Below are positions 38,383 through 51,837 of a stretch of DNA of 64,000 bases, in pieces (positions within the stretch are counted from its first letter, which is position 1; each line of letters begins with the position of its first letter). The position numbers were made by a program, and so were the translations under genes. The notes beneath the pieces were generated by a model. The model did not search any database, was not told where the DNA came from, and was given only the letters and a program-made list of their open reading frames with translations. The DNA comes from Mobula hypostoma (lineage: Eukaryota), in assembly GCF_963921235.1 (NCBI RefSeq), contig NC_086097.1, positions 158,102,001 to 158,166,000 on the forward strand, in the 5' to 3' direction.

Positions 38383-39940
38383 ATAGAACATAGAATAGTA
38401 CAGCACAGTACAGGCCCTTCGGCCCACAATGTTGTGCTGACCCTCAAACCCTGCCTCCCATATAAGCCCCCACCTTAGATTCCTCCATATACCTGTCTAG
38501 TAGTCTCTTAAACTTCACTAGTGTATCTGCCTCCACCACTGACTCAGGCAGTGCATTCCACGCACCAACCACTCTCTGAGTAAAAAACCTTCCTCTAATA
38601 TCCCTCTTGAACTTCCCACCCCTTACCTTAAAGCCATGTCCTCTTGTATTGAGCAGTGGTGCCCTGGGGAAGAGGCGCTGGCTATCCACTCTATCTATTC
38701 CTCTTAATATCTTGTATACCTCTATCATGTCTCCTCTCATCCTCCTTCTCTCCAGAGAGTAAAGCCCTAGCTCCCTTAATCTCTGATCATAATGCATACT
38801 TTCTAAACCAGGCAGCATCCTGGTAAATCTCCTCTGTACCCTTTCCAATGCTTCCACATCCTTCATATAGTGAGGCGACCAGAACTGAACACAATACTCC
38901 AAGTGTAGCCTAACAAGAGTTTTATATAGCTGCATCATTACATCACGACTCTTAAACTCTATCCCTCGACTTATGAAAACTAACACCCCATAAGCTTTCT
39001 TAACTGCTCTATCCACCTGTGAGGCAACTTTCAGGGATCTATGGACATGTACCCTGAGATCCCTCTGCTCCTCCACACTACCAAGTATCCTGCCATTTAC
39101 TTTGTACTCTGCCTTGGAGTTTGTCCTTCCAAAGTGTACCACCTCACACTTCTCCGGGTTGAACTCCATCTGCCACTTCTCAGCCCACTTCTGCATCCTA
39201 TCAATGTCTCTCTGCAATCTTTGATAATCCTCTACATCATCTACAACACCACCAACCTTTGTGTCGTCTGCAAAATTGCCAACCCACCCTTCTACCCGCA
39301 CATCCAGGTCGTTAATAAAAATCCCAAAATGTAGAGGTCCCAGAACAGATCCTTGTGGGACACCACTAGTTACAATCCTCCAATCTGAATGTACTCCCTC
39401 CACCACCACCACCCTCTGCCTTCTGCAGGCAAGCCAATTCTGAATCCACCTGGCCAAACTTCCCTGGATCCCATGCCTTCTAACTTTCTGAATAAGCCTA
39501 CCTTGTGGAACCTTGTCAAATGCCTTACTAAAATCCATATAGATCACATCCACTGCGCTACCCTCATCTATATGCCTGGTCACCTCCTCAAAGAACTTTA
39601 TCAGGCTTGTTAGACACGATCTGCCCTTCACAAAGCCATGCTGACTGTCCCTGATCAGACCATGATTCTCTAAATGCCCAGAGATCCTATCTCTAAGAAT
39701 CTTTTCCAACAGCTTTCCCACCACAGACGTAAGGCTCACTGGTCTATAATTACCCGGTCTATCCCTACTACCTTTTTTGAACAAGGGAACAACATTCGCA
39801 TCCCTCCAATCCTCTGATACCATTCCCGTGGACAACGAGGACATAAAGATCCTAGCCAGAGGCTCAGCAATCTCTTCTCTTGCCTCGTGGAGCAGCCTGG
39901 GGAATATTCCGTCAGGCCTCGGGGACTTATCTGTCCTAAT
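38383..39940 (-). mobile_element. Young 5'-truncated CR1 with uninterrupted RT ORF
   Basis: About 500 aa open frame DKSP.PDG...QHGFVKGRSC...GVPQGSVLGP...FADDTK to the stop at 38444; intact 3' tail TTCTATGTTCTAT. Confidence 0.95.
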
Positions 39941-40954
39941 AATCATCGATCTTATTCTGTATACTGCATGCATTCATTTTAACACTTTCAGTTCTGTGTT
40001 CATCGCCCTTTTTGATTTTTGGCACCCTGTTAGAAGTTAACTCATCTCACTGACTGAAATTTTGCCCCATCATCTTCCCTGTCATCTCTCACAGTGTCAC
40101 TACTCACTGCATCTAGTTATATATAATTTGCCCTACCACTCCGGTTCTATTCCCCATCAAATTAGTTTAAATCCTCCCTCACAGCTTTAGCAAACCTCCC
40201 TGCAAGTTCATCGGTCCCAGTCGGGTTCAGGTGAAACCCGTCCTATTTGTACAGGTCATACCTTCCCCAGAAGAGACCTCAATAATCCAGAAATCTGCAC
40301 TAATTCCTGTCTCCTGCACTAATTTCTCAGCCACACATTCATCTGCTAAATCATCCAGTTCTTGCCCTTCCTGGCCCATGGCACAAGCAGCAATCCATAG
40401 ATTACCACCATTTTCAGCTTTCTACCTAACTCGGAATATTCTCTATTCAGAATCTCCATGCTTTTCCTACTGAAATCATTGGTACCAAATGTGTACCATG
40501 ACTTCTGGCTGTTCACCCTCCCACTTTAGAAAATCTTGGACCCAATCTGAGGCTTCCTTGGCCCTGGCACTTGGGAGGCAACATACCATCTGGGTGTCTC
40601 TTTCACATCCACAGAATCTGCTTTCTGCTCTAATAATGTTGGAACCTCCTATCGCTACTGCATTCCTCTTCTTCTACCTTCCCTTCTGAGCCACAGGGCC
40701 AGACTCCGTTCTGGAGACCTGGTCGCTGTGGCTTCCCCCAGGTGAGTCATCACTCCTCTCCCCCCCCACCCCCCCAACAAACTCTACAAAGCAGTATACA
40801 TTATTGAAGGGAATGGCTGCAGGGGTACTCTGCACTGGCTGCCTATTCCCTTTCTCTCCCCTGACAGTCAAACAGGCAACGGCCTCCTGTACCTTTGTGG
40901 TAACATCCTCCCTGTGGGTCCTATCTATTACCACCTCATTTCCCCATATGAGAT

Positions 40955-41199
40955 AGTCGTAGTCATACTTTATTGATCCCAGGGGAAACTGGTTTTCGTT
41001 ACAGTTGCACCATAAATCATTAAATAGTAATAAAACCATAAATAGTTAAATAGTAATATGCAAATTATGCCAGGAAATAAGTCCAGGATCAGCCTATTGG
41101 CTCAGGGTGTCTGACCCTCCAAGGGAGGAGTTGTAAAGTTTGATGGCCAGAGGCAGGAATGACTTCCTATGATGCTCTGTTTTGAATCTCGGTGGAATG
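40955..41199 (-). mobile_element. Rex1/Babar 3' end insert
   Basis: HHRKSFLPLAIKLYNS, AATAAA and a GACTA-type tail; candidate TSD GAGAT (40950-40954, 41200-41204). Confidence 0.75.
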
Positions 41200-42433
41200 G
41201 AGATGCAGGCTGACCAGCTGCAGCTCCAGTCCTTGTTCTCTCTAAGGAGCTGCAGCTCAAAGTACTTCACGTGTATGCAGTTATCATGGAGACTGGAGCT
41301 CTTCCGGAATTCCCATGTCTCACCTACCATGACCTTCAGACCCATTCTCAGTGCACTAGCTATATACTAACAGGAAATACTATTTACTGGATCCCTGATT
41401 ACTTAGTTACTTCGAACCTCTGCCTGTGCTTTCCCAAGCCTGTTCTGGCCTAAACATGTTGAGCCAAATCCTGACCGCTCTAACGCTGGCCCACTCATAC
41501 AATGGCTACTCCAATGATGGCTCTCTTCTTTTTATTGACACCGTGCAGATTGCAGCCCACCGCTAAAAACACCCAAGCTCTTTTATGACCTCGTGCTGCA
41601 TCGCCAATGAATGACTTCTTGCACTGATTTCAGTCTGCCGAATACAATTTCAATAGTTACAATGATACTGTTTACTTCCGTACTTTGGTTAACAAATGGT
41701 TCCTTTGGCGTACATATTTGAAGGACATTGTAATTGATGAGACACCTTTGAGGGTCCAAACACCTTTTGGAAGAACATAAATATTCTAAAACCTTTCAAC
41801 AATAGAGAGCCAGAACACCAAAATTAATGTTGTCAGGGCTGTCTCTGAGTACACAAATATGATAAGTGCACAAATCTGTTGGATTGCCTTTACCTGTGAG
41901 CACGTTTGATAGGCTAAGTGACAACATTCATCTGTTCTGCCTGCTCACACTCATGTCACAATGCTGTATGCAACTTAAACCATGTCTGGTTTGTTGCAAG
42001 CTAATTCTTTTAAAGTATGGCTCTTGCATATGCAATCTCTTGGTCTGTGGAGCAGCCTGTGCTTTTAACTTCCATTTATAGCTTGCAATTTGCAAAAAAA
42101 ACTGAAGGCTAATTGCAAACTTCCGGAATTTACTTACATTTACAACATGAACTGAAGGCTGGTTCTTATTTGAATTGCTATTTGCTATATTCACCTAACT
42201 CCAGAATACTCCCTAACTGAAGCACATAATAAAATAGGCTGAAGTCAGCATGGTTTCCTTAATGATTCCTGCCTGAAAAATCTGTAGGATTTCTTTGAGG
42301 AAATAACAAGCAGGATAGAAAAAGGAGAATCAGTGTATGTTGTTTACTTGGATTTTCTGAAGGGGTCTGACAAGATGCTGCACATGAGGCTGCTTAACAA
42401 ATTAGGAGTGTAGTATTACATGAAAGAACCCAG

Positions 42434-43392
42434 TGTAATACCCTGGTTTAAGACCATGTGTTGCTGTATTAATACAGTTTTGCTGTTGGGTATTTTATTT
42501 TCTGCAGATTTTCTCAATATGTAATGTGTTCTTTTAATGACATTATACAGTTTGGTATTTTTTTGCTGTTTAAAATAATAATTCAGTTGATTAATTGTGA
42601 CTTGTAATAGCAGATAGGAAGTGTCTTTTTTAACAGTTTGTTCATTAAGATGCCCTGGAACATCCTAGGGGTATTGGGGGTAGCCACTTTCCAGAAAGAC
42701 TCCAGGAGTTTTGGGGGGATAAGGAGAAAGAAAACAAATGGAAATGGACAACAAAGGTAGCAGAAGAACATGAACTAATTTGGAAGGAAAGATGCTGTTG
42801 TCAGAAAATCCTCATGGAAACAATAGTCTCACAGAGAATGTACAGGTAACTTCTAATTAGCTAGTTACCTCGTGACCTTGGAGAAAGTTTGCTGTCTTGT
42901 TCTTGGATGTTACATGGGTATTTATTTGTGTTTCACTTGCACTGAGTTTTCTGGGAGACTGTTTGGTACCGTGAGCAAACAAAGTGAAGTGAACTCGATT
43001 GATTGTGCAGCAATGAGCTCCAACAATTATGTGCATATGATAGGACCAATATATATGTAATGGCCCTTTTTATTTTCTGTTATAGTTTAAAATATTTTTT
43101 CATTGCAATTTTAATCTAAGTTTATATTGGGGATGAGCTAAATTAATGATTCCTGGCGAACGGTAAATTTGCATGGGTGGATCAGTATTCATGCAAGTCA
43201 AGGCCTCATTTTCCTTTAAAGGAACATTCAAGCTTTTATGTTTGTGTTTACTAGAATCCTATTTACCCTAGATGTGTTTATTTATCGGAAATGGCCTTTT
43301 CATCATTACTTCCATGTATTGTCAAGTTACATCACTGTTAGTTTGCATTCACAGTGCAGCTAACTCATTACAAGCCTGTGAGGGGTATTACA
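42434..43392. mobile_element. Solo LTR
   Basis: Perfect 10-bp terminal inverted repeat TGTAATACCC...GGGTATTACA; 4-bp TSD CCAG/CTAG; inserted in a CR1. Confidence 0.85.
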
Positions 43393-44373
43393 CTAGTATG
43401 TACAGACATCTGTCTGACTGGCAGGCGGCAAAGTGTGGGGAATAAAGGGGGCCTTTTCTGGTTTGCTGCTGGTGACTAGTGTTTTGCAGCTGGTGACTAG
43501 TGTTTCGCAGTGGTCGGTGTTGGGACTGCTTTTCATGTTATATGTCAATGATTTGGATGATGGAGTTGATGGCTTTGTGGTCAAGTTTGCAGATGATACG
43601 AAGATAGGTGGATGGGCAGGTAGTGTTAAGGAAGCATGGCGTCTGCAGAAGAACTTGGACAGTGGGAGAATGAGCAAAGAAATGGAAAATGGAATATAGT
43701 AGAAGGAACTGTATCGCCATGTACTTTGGTAGAAGGAATAAAAGTGTGGACTATTTTCTGAACGAGGAGAAAATTCAAAAATCAGCAGTGCTTAGGGACT
43801 TGAGAGTCCTCATGCAGGATTCCCTAAAGAACAACTTGCATGTTGAACTGCCGGTAAGAAAGGCAGATGCAATGTTGGCATTCATTTCAAGAAGACTAGA
43901 ATGTAAAAGCAAGGATGAATTGCTGAGGCTTTATAAGGCATTAGTTAGACCGCACTTGGAGTATTGTGAACAGTTTTGCACCCCTTAGCTAACAAGAGAT
44001 GTGCTGTCATTGGAGAAGGTCCAGAGAGGTTCATGAGAATGATTCTGGGAATGAAAGGGTTAATGTATGAGGAGAGTTTGGCTCTGGGCCTGAACTCACT
44101 GGAATTTAGAAGAATGAGGTGGTAATTGTAAATGCTTAATTTCTAATTTGTATTGATAAATCTGGTAACTGTATATAATTTTCTATAACTAAAATGTAAT
44201 AATACTAACCTTTAGGTTTCTTCGATCACCTCCACTGCATCTGCCAAAAGTGAACTTCCCGGTGGCCAAATATTTTAAATCTGATTCCCATTCCTGTTCC
44301 GACATCTTGATACAACATTTCTGAGAGGTGGAGCTGGCAGTGAGAAGGACTAGTCAGAGAAAAACATTCAAGA

Positions 44374-44459
44374 ATGGCTATGTATAAATATTATACTGGA
44401 AATTTATATTTTGCTCACTATTTATCCTTAAAATTGCATGAAATAAAGAAAAAAATCAG
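44374..44459 (+). CDS. Putative first coding exon of an uncharacterised gene (exon probably starts at 44216)
   Basis: ATG preceded by in-frame TGA (44341); MAMYKYYTGNLYFAHYLSLKLHEIKKKI(R); donor CAG|GTATTT phase 2; acceptor candidate CTTTAG|44216. Confidence 0.6.
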
Positions 44460-45541
44460 GTATTTACTGTGCATTGAATGAAGTCTGATATTTTTCTTTT
44501 GATTCGAGTCATAGAGAGGTACAGCACAGAAGCAGACCCTTCAGCCCATCTGGTCCATGCCAAAAACCATTTAAAGTGCCTACTCCCAGGACTATAGCCC
44601 TCCATATCCCTACTATCCATGTACCTATCCAAGCAAATCTTTGTCTATTTGCACAGAGAAGCCAGGATATGTAGCGTAGCAGGCACCGTTGCAGTGTGTT
44701 CCCTTTCATAACTTTGCAGCATTTAATTTGTGTAAATGGAGCCCACAGACATTGTGAAAGAGTAGGCTTTAATAGTACCTGCAGGGTCTGCTTTCCTGTA
44801 AAATTAATGGGGAATAGCCTGTGGAATCTGGTGCAAAGCAATCCCTTCCGATCCCTCTTGGATAATTTCTCTAAGTGATGTATATTCTGAAATTATTTCA
44901 CAGATCCTCCATACTCATTACCCTGTGAGGTCTCTGACCATGGTCTCACTTGCCAGCCCGTAGTCCCCATTCTCAGACCTCAAAACAGCCCTTTCCACAC
45001 CTGAATTATCCAATCCAGCCGGTTTCTACCCACACAACAGAGACTTGCCCAACTTGTAAAACAATATTCCCCTACTGGGTGTCGACATGGCAACTCCACA
45101 AATTCTATGAAGCTGACTCCCGATTTTATCCTACCATTCAGGTTCTGGCCCAACCCCATATGTTCCTTTGCTGTTCCTATGTGCAGGACCTGTATCATTA
45201 TGATCTTTTGGACCTTTTTCCCCAATCACTGTAACTCTTACTCCTCCCCAATTCATATACAGCTCTGAATTTTCAGAAGCAAAAAAAAGTGTAAAGACAT
45301 TCATGCATTTGGTTAATAGAGTGTATCTCTGGGAGCCTCATAAAAGGTTGAGGAGTAAGGTCACAGACAGGACAAGACAAGGTTGTTTGGAAAATGTATT
45401 AAGTTAGTATGAGGAAGTTTTCTCTGTTGTGAAACATTTGGAGGGCATAAATACTGAAAAATATTTTCCAGCAGTTACATTTAAGTAAACAAGCAGAATG
45501 GATAATAGAAGACAAAAGAAAGGTAGATTTCTTTCTTGCAG

Positions 45542-45651
45542 GTTGAAAGTATTGAATGTTTCATCACAAGTGCCAATTTTAAGAAGGAAATTGATGTTTT
45601 TCCTCAAAAAACAAAAAAAACTTTTGGAGAGTTTCGATGAACTGGATACAT
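45542..45651 (+). CDS. Putative internal coding exon
   Basis: Strong acceptor TTTCTTTCTTGCAG|; LKVLNVSSQVPILRRKLMFFLKKQKKLLESFDELDT; donor AT|GTGGGT; phase 2 in and phase 1 out match both neighbours. Confidence 0.7.
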
Positions 45652-45929
45652 GTGGGTTGCCCAGCAGGACGCCTTGATATCCTTCAAGCTGCTTTTAATT
45701 TTAAAAAAAACTGGAGTTAGTTTTTTGTGTTATTCATTTCCCATCTTGCTAAAATTGAAAATTATGATATTCTTTCTTTTTGAAGTTCATTTATCAGTGT
45801 TTCAAAGATGAAGTCTTCTTTGTCCATTTTTCATCTGCTCTGCTCTAAACTATCCTCTCTTAAAAATTTATATTTTTGGTCAAGTGGTTTTGATCCTCTA
45901 CCTAGGTTCCTATAAATAAAATGTAAAGT

Positions 45930-46915
45930 GCACCTCAACTGTGGAATATTGTTCCACAGGGGTGTGTGCTTAGCCCACTGCTTATATACACACAGCTCAA
46001 ATACCATCTATAAATTTGTTGACGATACAACCATTGTTGGTAGAATATCAGGCAGTGAGAAGAGGACATACAGGAGTGAGATATGCCAACTAGTGGAGTG
46101 GTGTCGCAGCAACAACCTGGCACTCAACGTCAGTAAGATGAAAGAGCTGATTGTGAACTTCAGGAAGGGTAAGATGAAGGAACACATACCGGTCCTCAAA
46201 GAGGGATCAGAAGTGGAAAGAGTGAGCAGCTTCAAGTTCCTGGGTGTCATGATCTCTCAGGATCTAACCTGGTCCCAACATATCGATGCAGTTACAAAGA
46301 AGGCAAGACAGCGGCTATACTTTATTAGGAGTTTGAAGAGATTTAGCATGTCAACAGATACACTCAAAAACTTCTATAGATGTACTGCAGGGAGCATTCT
46401 GACAGGCTACATCACTGTCTGGTATGGGGGTGGGGGGCTTCTGCACGGGACCAAAAGAAGCTGCAGAAGGTTGTAAATCTAGTCAGCTCCATCTTGGGTA
46501 CGAGCCTACAAAGTACCCATGACATTTTCAAGGAGCGGTGTCTCAGAAAGGCAGAGTCCATTATTAAGGACCTCCAGCACCCAGGGCATGCCCATTTCTC
46601 ACTGTTACCATAAGGTAGGAGATACAGAAGCCTGAAGGCACACACTCAGAGATTCTGGAACAGCTTCTTCCCCTCTGCCATCCAATTCCTAGATGGACAT
46701 TGAACCCTTGGACACTACCTCACTTTTTTTAATATACATTATTTCTATTTTTGCACATTTTAAAATTTATTCAATATACATGTACTGTAATTGATTTACT
46801 CATTTTTATTTTATTTATTTTTTCCTTCTATATTATGTATTGCATTGAACTGCTGCTGCTAAGTTAACAAATTTCACATCACATGCCGATGATAATAAAC
46901 CTAATCCTGATTCTA
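45930..46915 (+). mobile_element. Rex1/Babar LINE 3' part
   Basis: IYKFVDDTTIVGRI, WCRSNNLALNVSK, FKFLGV, KARQRLYFIRSL; tail AATAAACCTAATCCTGATTCT. Confidence 0.9.
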
Positions 46916-47166
46916 TTGTCTTTGAGAAAATATCTGTGAATAATCCTTGTGCAGTTTGTAAGAATTGCTGACCTCCCGGTGTTTCCAAGTTGTCTGTAAA
47001 GTCAGTGTTATTGAAAACAAAGGGAGCCAAATTCAGCCATCGAAAATAATGTCAAGCTCCTCAGAACCACTTTTCCCCTATCTCTTGTCATTGTCAGATA
47101 CAATCCTCTTCAATAATGATTTCAAAGGATTCTTTTTTGTTATTGTAATTACCAAGTCCTCAACAG

Positions 47167-47303
47167 ATGAAGATCAAACTGTTTCCACAGTGGAGGCAGG
47201 AGCAAGAAACAAACTGGATGATGATATTGGATCTGACTTCCTGTACATTGCTGCAAACAATGCTGAAAAATATTTTGAATATTTGCCACTTTTGGAACAA
47301 ATT
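47167..47303 (+). CDS. Putative internal coding exon
   Basis: Acceptor CAACAG|; (Y)EDQTVSTVEAGARNKLDDDIGSDFLYIAANNAEKYFEYLPLLEQI; donor ATT|GTATGA; phase 1 in, phase 0 out. Confidence 0.7.
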
Positions 47304-50300
47304 GTATGAAAATTACTGAGGGTGTCATAGAAGATATATAATTACATGTCTTGAACAGGCATCTTAATGGCCTTGGGGAATAATTGTCATTTGAATTTGT
47401 TGCTAAATTAATTGATGAATTTCTGTACGTTCCAAATTTAAAGACCAGATGTGATTTTCTTCTTTCTTTTCAAATCTTTTTATTATTATTATTATCCAAA
47501 ATTAACAAGAATACATCGAAGTAGGCAACACTTATAATGTCTTAAGAAAAAAATATTGTTTTAAAGATTGAAAAAATTTTGGTGACAAGAAAAAGAAAAA
47601 AAAAAGCCCTACTAAGCAAGGAAAAGTGAGAAAAAAAAACATTAGTTGCTCAACCCCGGAGCCATGCATCATACAAAAAGCTTCTAAAGATAAACATCAA
47701 ACCGCCAGCAAGAAAAAAGAAGTACCAAAAATTTACAATTAGATCATGGAGGAAATCTATTGATTAACTCAAATGATAGTAATGAGCAAATGAACCCCAT
47801 CTTTTCTCAAAATCAAACATAGGTTCAAAAGTTCAACTTCTAATTTTCTCCAAGCTAAGACATAGCATCAGTTGAGAGAACAACTGTGACAAAATGGGAG
47901 ACGATGTATCCTTCCACTTCAACAAAATGGCCCTCCTAGCTATCAATATAACAAATGCAATAACATGTCGGTCGGACAAAGAGGTACCATAGATATTTTG
48001 AGGAAATATTTCAAAAAGCACAGTTCATTTGTTAGGTTGTAAATTATTTTTAAGTGCTTTAGAAATTGTAGAAAAAATCTGACTTCCAGAACTGTTCCAA
48101 TATAGAACAGGACCAAAACATGTGTGTCAATGCAGCTGTCTCAGTTTTACATCTATCGCAATAACTATCAACATTAGGAAACATTTTAGACAATCTCTCC
48201 TTTGTCAAATAGTAACGATGTACAGTTTTAAATTGAATCAGTGAATGACTAGCACAGATCGAAGGAAGAGTTAACCAACTTCAGAATCCGCATCCAGTCC
48301 TCCTTCATAAAAGTCAAATTAAGTTCCTTTTCCCAATCTTGTTTAATCTTAAATAAAGGGCGCTTATCCCATTGTAATAGTAAATTATAACTTCTTCCAA
48401 TGGAACCTTTCATCAAAAGGTTCATACTCGTAATAGTATCTAACAGGTCGGCATCCAATATGTAAGGAAAGTTACTTGAATATTTTTGCAAGAAATGTCT
48501 AACTTGAAGGTATTGTAAAAAGTTTGAGCATGATAGAGAATATTTATCAACTAATTGTTCAAAAGACATCAGTCTATTGTCTTTAAATAAATCCAGAAAA
48601 GAATTAATACCTTTACTTTTCCAAAGTAAAAAAAATTGGATCATTCAAAGAAGGCTTAAAAAAGTAATTTCGATAAATTAAACTACAAAGTTTAAATTTT
48701 TTAAGATTAAAAGAATTATGGAACTATAGCCAAGTTTGTAAAGAATGCTTAATCACAGGGTATAAATTTAAATTAGTAACTTTACCTAATTGTATAGGTA
48801 AAGTAGCTCCCAATAATAAGGTTAAATAAAACTGTTTCATCGCTTTCAATTCCAAATCTACCCAAATTGGCTGATCGTTCTTATCAACCCAGTGTAACCA
48901 AAAGGATATATATTGCACATTAACAGCCCAGTAATACATTCTTAAATTAGGCAAAGCGAGACCTCCATCCATTTTCAACTTTTGTAAGTGACATTTACTA
49001 ATTCTTGTTCTTTTATTATTCCAAATAAAAGATAAAAAAAAAAGAATCAATCCGATCAAAAAACTTCTTAGTCTGAAAAACAGGGATATTCTGAAATAAA
49101 CATAAAAATTTTGGTAAAATCATCATTTTGACTATATGGATGCGACCAACAAGTGAAAGTGTAAGTGGGTTCCATCTACCATATAAGTACTTAATAGAAT
49201 CTACCAAGGGAACAAAATTAGCTTTATAAAGGTCCTTATACTTTTTAGTGATTATAACACTTAAATACCTGAAGGAATCCGTGACTTTGAAAGGAGTATT
49301 ATCATATATGGAAACAGATTCATTTCAAGGAAACAGTTCACTTTTACTGATATTTATTTTATATCCTGAAAAATCCACAAATTCATTAAATAATTTTAGC
49401 AAGGCAGGAATAGATTCCTCGGGATTGGATATATAAACCAGTAAATCATCAGCATAAAGAGAAATCTTATGAATGGTCTCATTCACAAAAACCCCATAAA
49501 TATCTTTAGCTTCACGAAGAGCAATAGCAAGGGGTTCTAGTATTCAATTAAATAACAAAGGACTTAATGAACAACCTTATCTTGTCCCCTGTGAAAGCTG
49601 AAAATAAAGGGGATCTACAGTTATTAGTAATAACAGTTGCAGTAGGGGTTTTATATATCATTCTAATCCAGTTATTAAAATTAACACCAAAGTCAAATTT
49701 CTCTAAAACATTAAATAAATATTTCCATTCGATCGAATGCTTTTTCAGCATCCAAAGAGACGACGCATTGTGGAGTTGTAAAAGAAGATGAATATATAAA
49801 TCTTGAAAAATCTTATTAATTTCTTCATATTCCCAAGCCAGGGTACCATCTTTCCTGTGGTTTTTCAAAATTTGCCTTTTGGCTCTGGCCGTTTTTAATT
49901 GAGCTGCAAGCAGTTTGTTATTTTTATCTCCAAACATATAAAATTGGCTCTTTAGCTTAAACAAGTAGCCTTTAATAGGATAAGTTAATAATAGATTATA
50001 TTGTGATTGAAGTTCCACCCTTTGTTTGAATAAATCAATATTAGGGGAGATTGCATAAATATTATCTAAGTTTTTAATTTGTTTTGAAATCTTATCGAAT
50101 TCTGCTTTAGTCTGTTTTTTAAGCTTACCTGAATAAGAAATGATCTGACCACGTAAAAATGCTTTAAATATATCCCATATGATTAATTTAGACGTACCAC
50201 CTATATCACTAAAAGAAAAAATTCTTTTACCGAGTTTCAATGAAGCTGACAAAGTCAGAGTTCTCCAATAATGTCTGAGACATGCGCCATGGTGGGCGGG

Positions 50301-50594
50301 CAAGAAAGACATCATCAAATTCGAAAGACAAACTCAGAGGCGCATGGTCAGATATAGCAATAGCATCATATTCACAATTACTAACACTAGGCAAGAAGTG
50401 AGGATCGATTATAATATAATCGATCCTCAAATATTTTTTATAAATGTGGGAAAAAAAAAGAATATTCTCTGTTATCAGGATGTAAATATCTCCATAATTC
50501 AATCAATCCAAAATCGGTCAAAAAGGAGTTAATAAGTGACGCGGAGCGATTTGGAAGTTGCTGATTGGTTGAGCTCTTGTTAATCGAAGAATTT

Positions 50595-51016
50595 TGTGAC
50601 GAAAGCCCGTCACTGATTACGGACAGCACATGGCGCACTCGGTAAAACACTCATCCCTAGCAGTAATAGTGATTGGGTCTGAAACAGAGCTGCTGCATGG
50701 AGCTGTCTCATATAGAGGCAGCAGCAACCTGCACAGGTGTGCTGATGGTGGAGGATACCATCTTTAATTGGATAATTGAGTTAATTAGCTTTTGGTTGGT
50801 CTGGGGGTGGGGGGGGGGCTTAGCAGTTATAAGTCTCAGGTTACCAAGGCTTTGGGGTTAGTTTTCTTTTGTGTTTAGTCTGTGGGTGGCTATATATATT
50901 GTTTTTTTCCAGTTTTTGTCTTGTTTTGAGGCAAATAAAAGCACCTTAATCTAGTTTTGCGATTCAAGCCATCTTGTTATTTTTCTTAAACAACTGACCC
51001 ACAGTTTTTTGTGACA
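50595..51016 (+). mobile_element. Solo LTR inside the L1 endonuclease domain
   Basis: TGTGAC...GTGACA termini, TATA-like run at 50891, AATAAA at 50934, 5-bp TSD AATTT/GATTT. Confidence 0.85.
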
Positions 51017-51837
51017 GATTTAAACAACAGTTAAAATTCCCACCTATTATCGACTTATATACATTTAAATCAGGCGGTAAAGCAAATACCTTTTTAAAAA
51101 AAGAAGGATCGTCTAAGTTACCATACAAATTGACCAAAGCAACTTTTCTGTTACAGATTATTCCTTTAACAATTAAAAATCTACCATTAGAATCTGACTC
51201 AGTATCCTCTTGAGTAATTATATTGGATTTAATAAAGATGGACACTCCCTTAGTTTTACTCTGAGAAGTGGAGTGAAATTACAAACCCCTCCACCATCCA
51301 AAAAATCTATTTTGCTATCCCGCCCTGACATGTGTCTCTTGGGCAAAAGTTATATCAAGTTGGAATTGGTTAATGATCTTAAAAGCCTTTTTTCGTTTGA
51401 TAGGATGATTCCAACCACATACATTCCAACTTATTACATAAATCCGTTTAAATACCATACTGTAATTTTATTCTACTTTACACATGCGCAGAGCACATAC
51501 CAATACGGGATGATCAAAAATGGCGGCGATGAAGAATACAACCACATAGAAAACACGCATGCTCTGGAACCACCCAATGGGAAAAAACCCCCAACTCTAA
51601 CCCTGACCCCCCTCCCTCCATAGCCCGATTAAAAACAGGCACCCTATGATAGAATACGAAGTCAGGGACTGCTCTGTCTGTACAAAAACGTATAAAAAGA
51701 TTCTCTCTCCCTCCCCCCAGTTTAAAAAAAATGAAACCTACTGACCTTGTAAGAGAGACAACAAAGGCTCAGCAAAGGAAAGTGTTTACATTCCAGCATC
51801 TATAAACTATCCCATGTTTATATTTAATCTTTTTTTA

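Larger units (their letters stand above)
35699..41630 (-). mobile_element. Near full-length degenerate CR1, itself interrupted twice
   Basis: 3' tail at about 35699, RT remnants (RLHWEYCEQFWAP), EN near 37860-38380, ORF1 remnants (GTND) near 40480. Confidence 0.85.
35517..42217. mobile_element. Probable solo LTR split into about 35517-35698 and 41640-42217 by a nested CR1
   Basis: Starts TG and interrupts the host CR1; candidate TSD TGGAG (35512-35516) / TGAAG (42218-42222); non-coding. Confidence 0.55.
33315..44120 (+). mobile_element. Degenerate CR1 host element, present as about 33315-35516, 42219-42433 and 43393-44120
   Basis: ORF2 continues across the inserts (...TATTGGAG / GCACATAATAAAATAGGC; KFADDTKIGG at about 43580). 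Confidence 0.85.

Noticed and set aside
38444..39973. 509-aa ORF as a host or domesticated gene
   Set aside because: It is a 5'-truncated CR1 RT with a LINE tail. Its start comes from flanking sequence, and a near-identical sibling lies at 51.8 kb.
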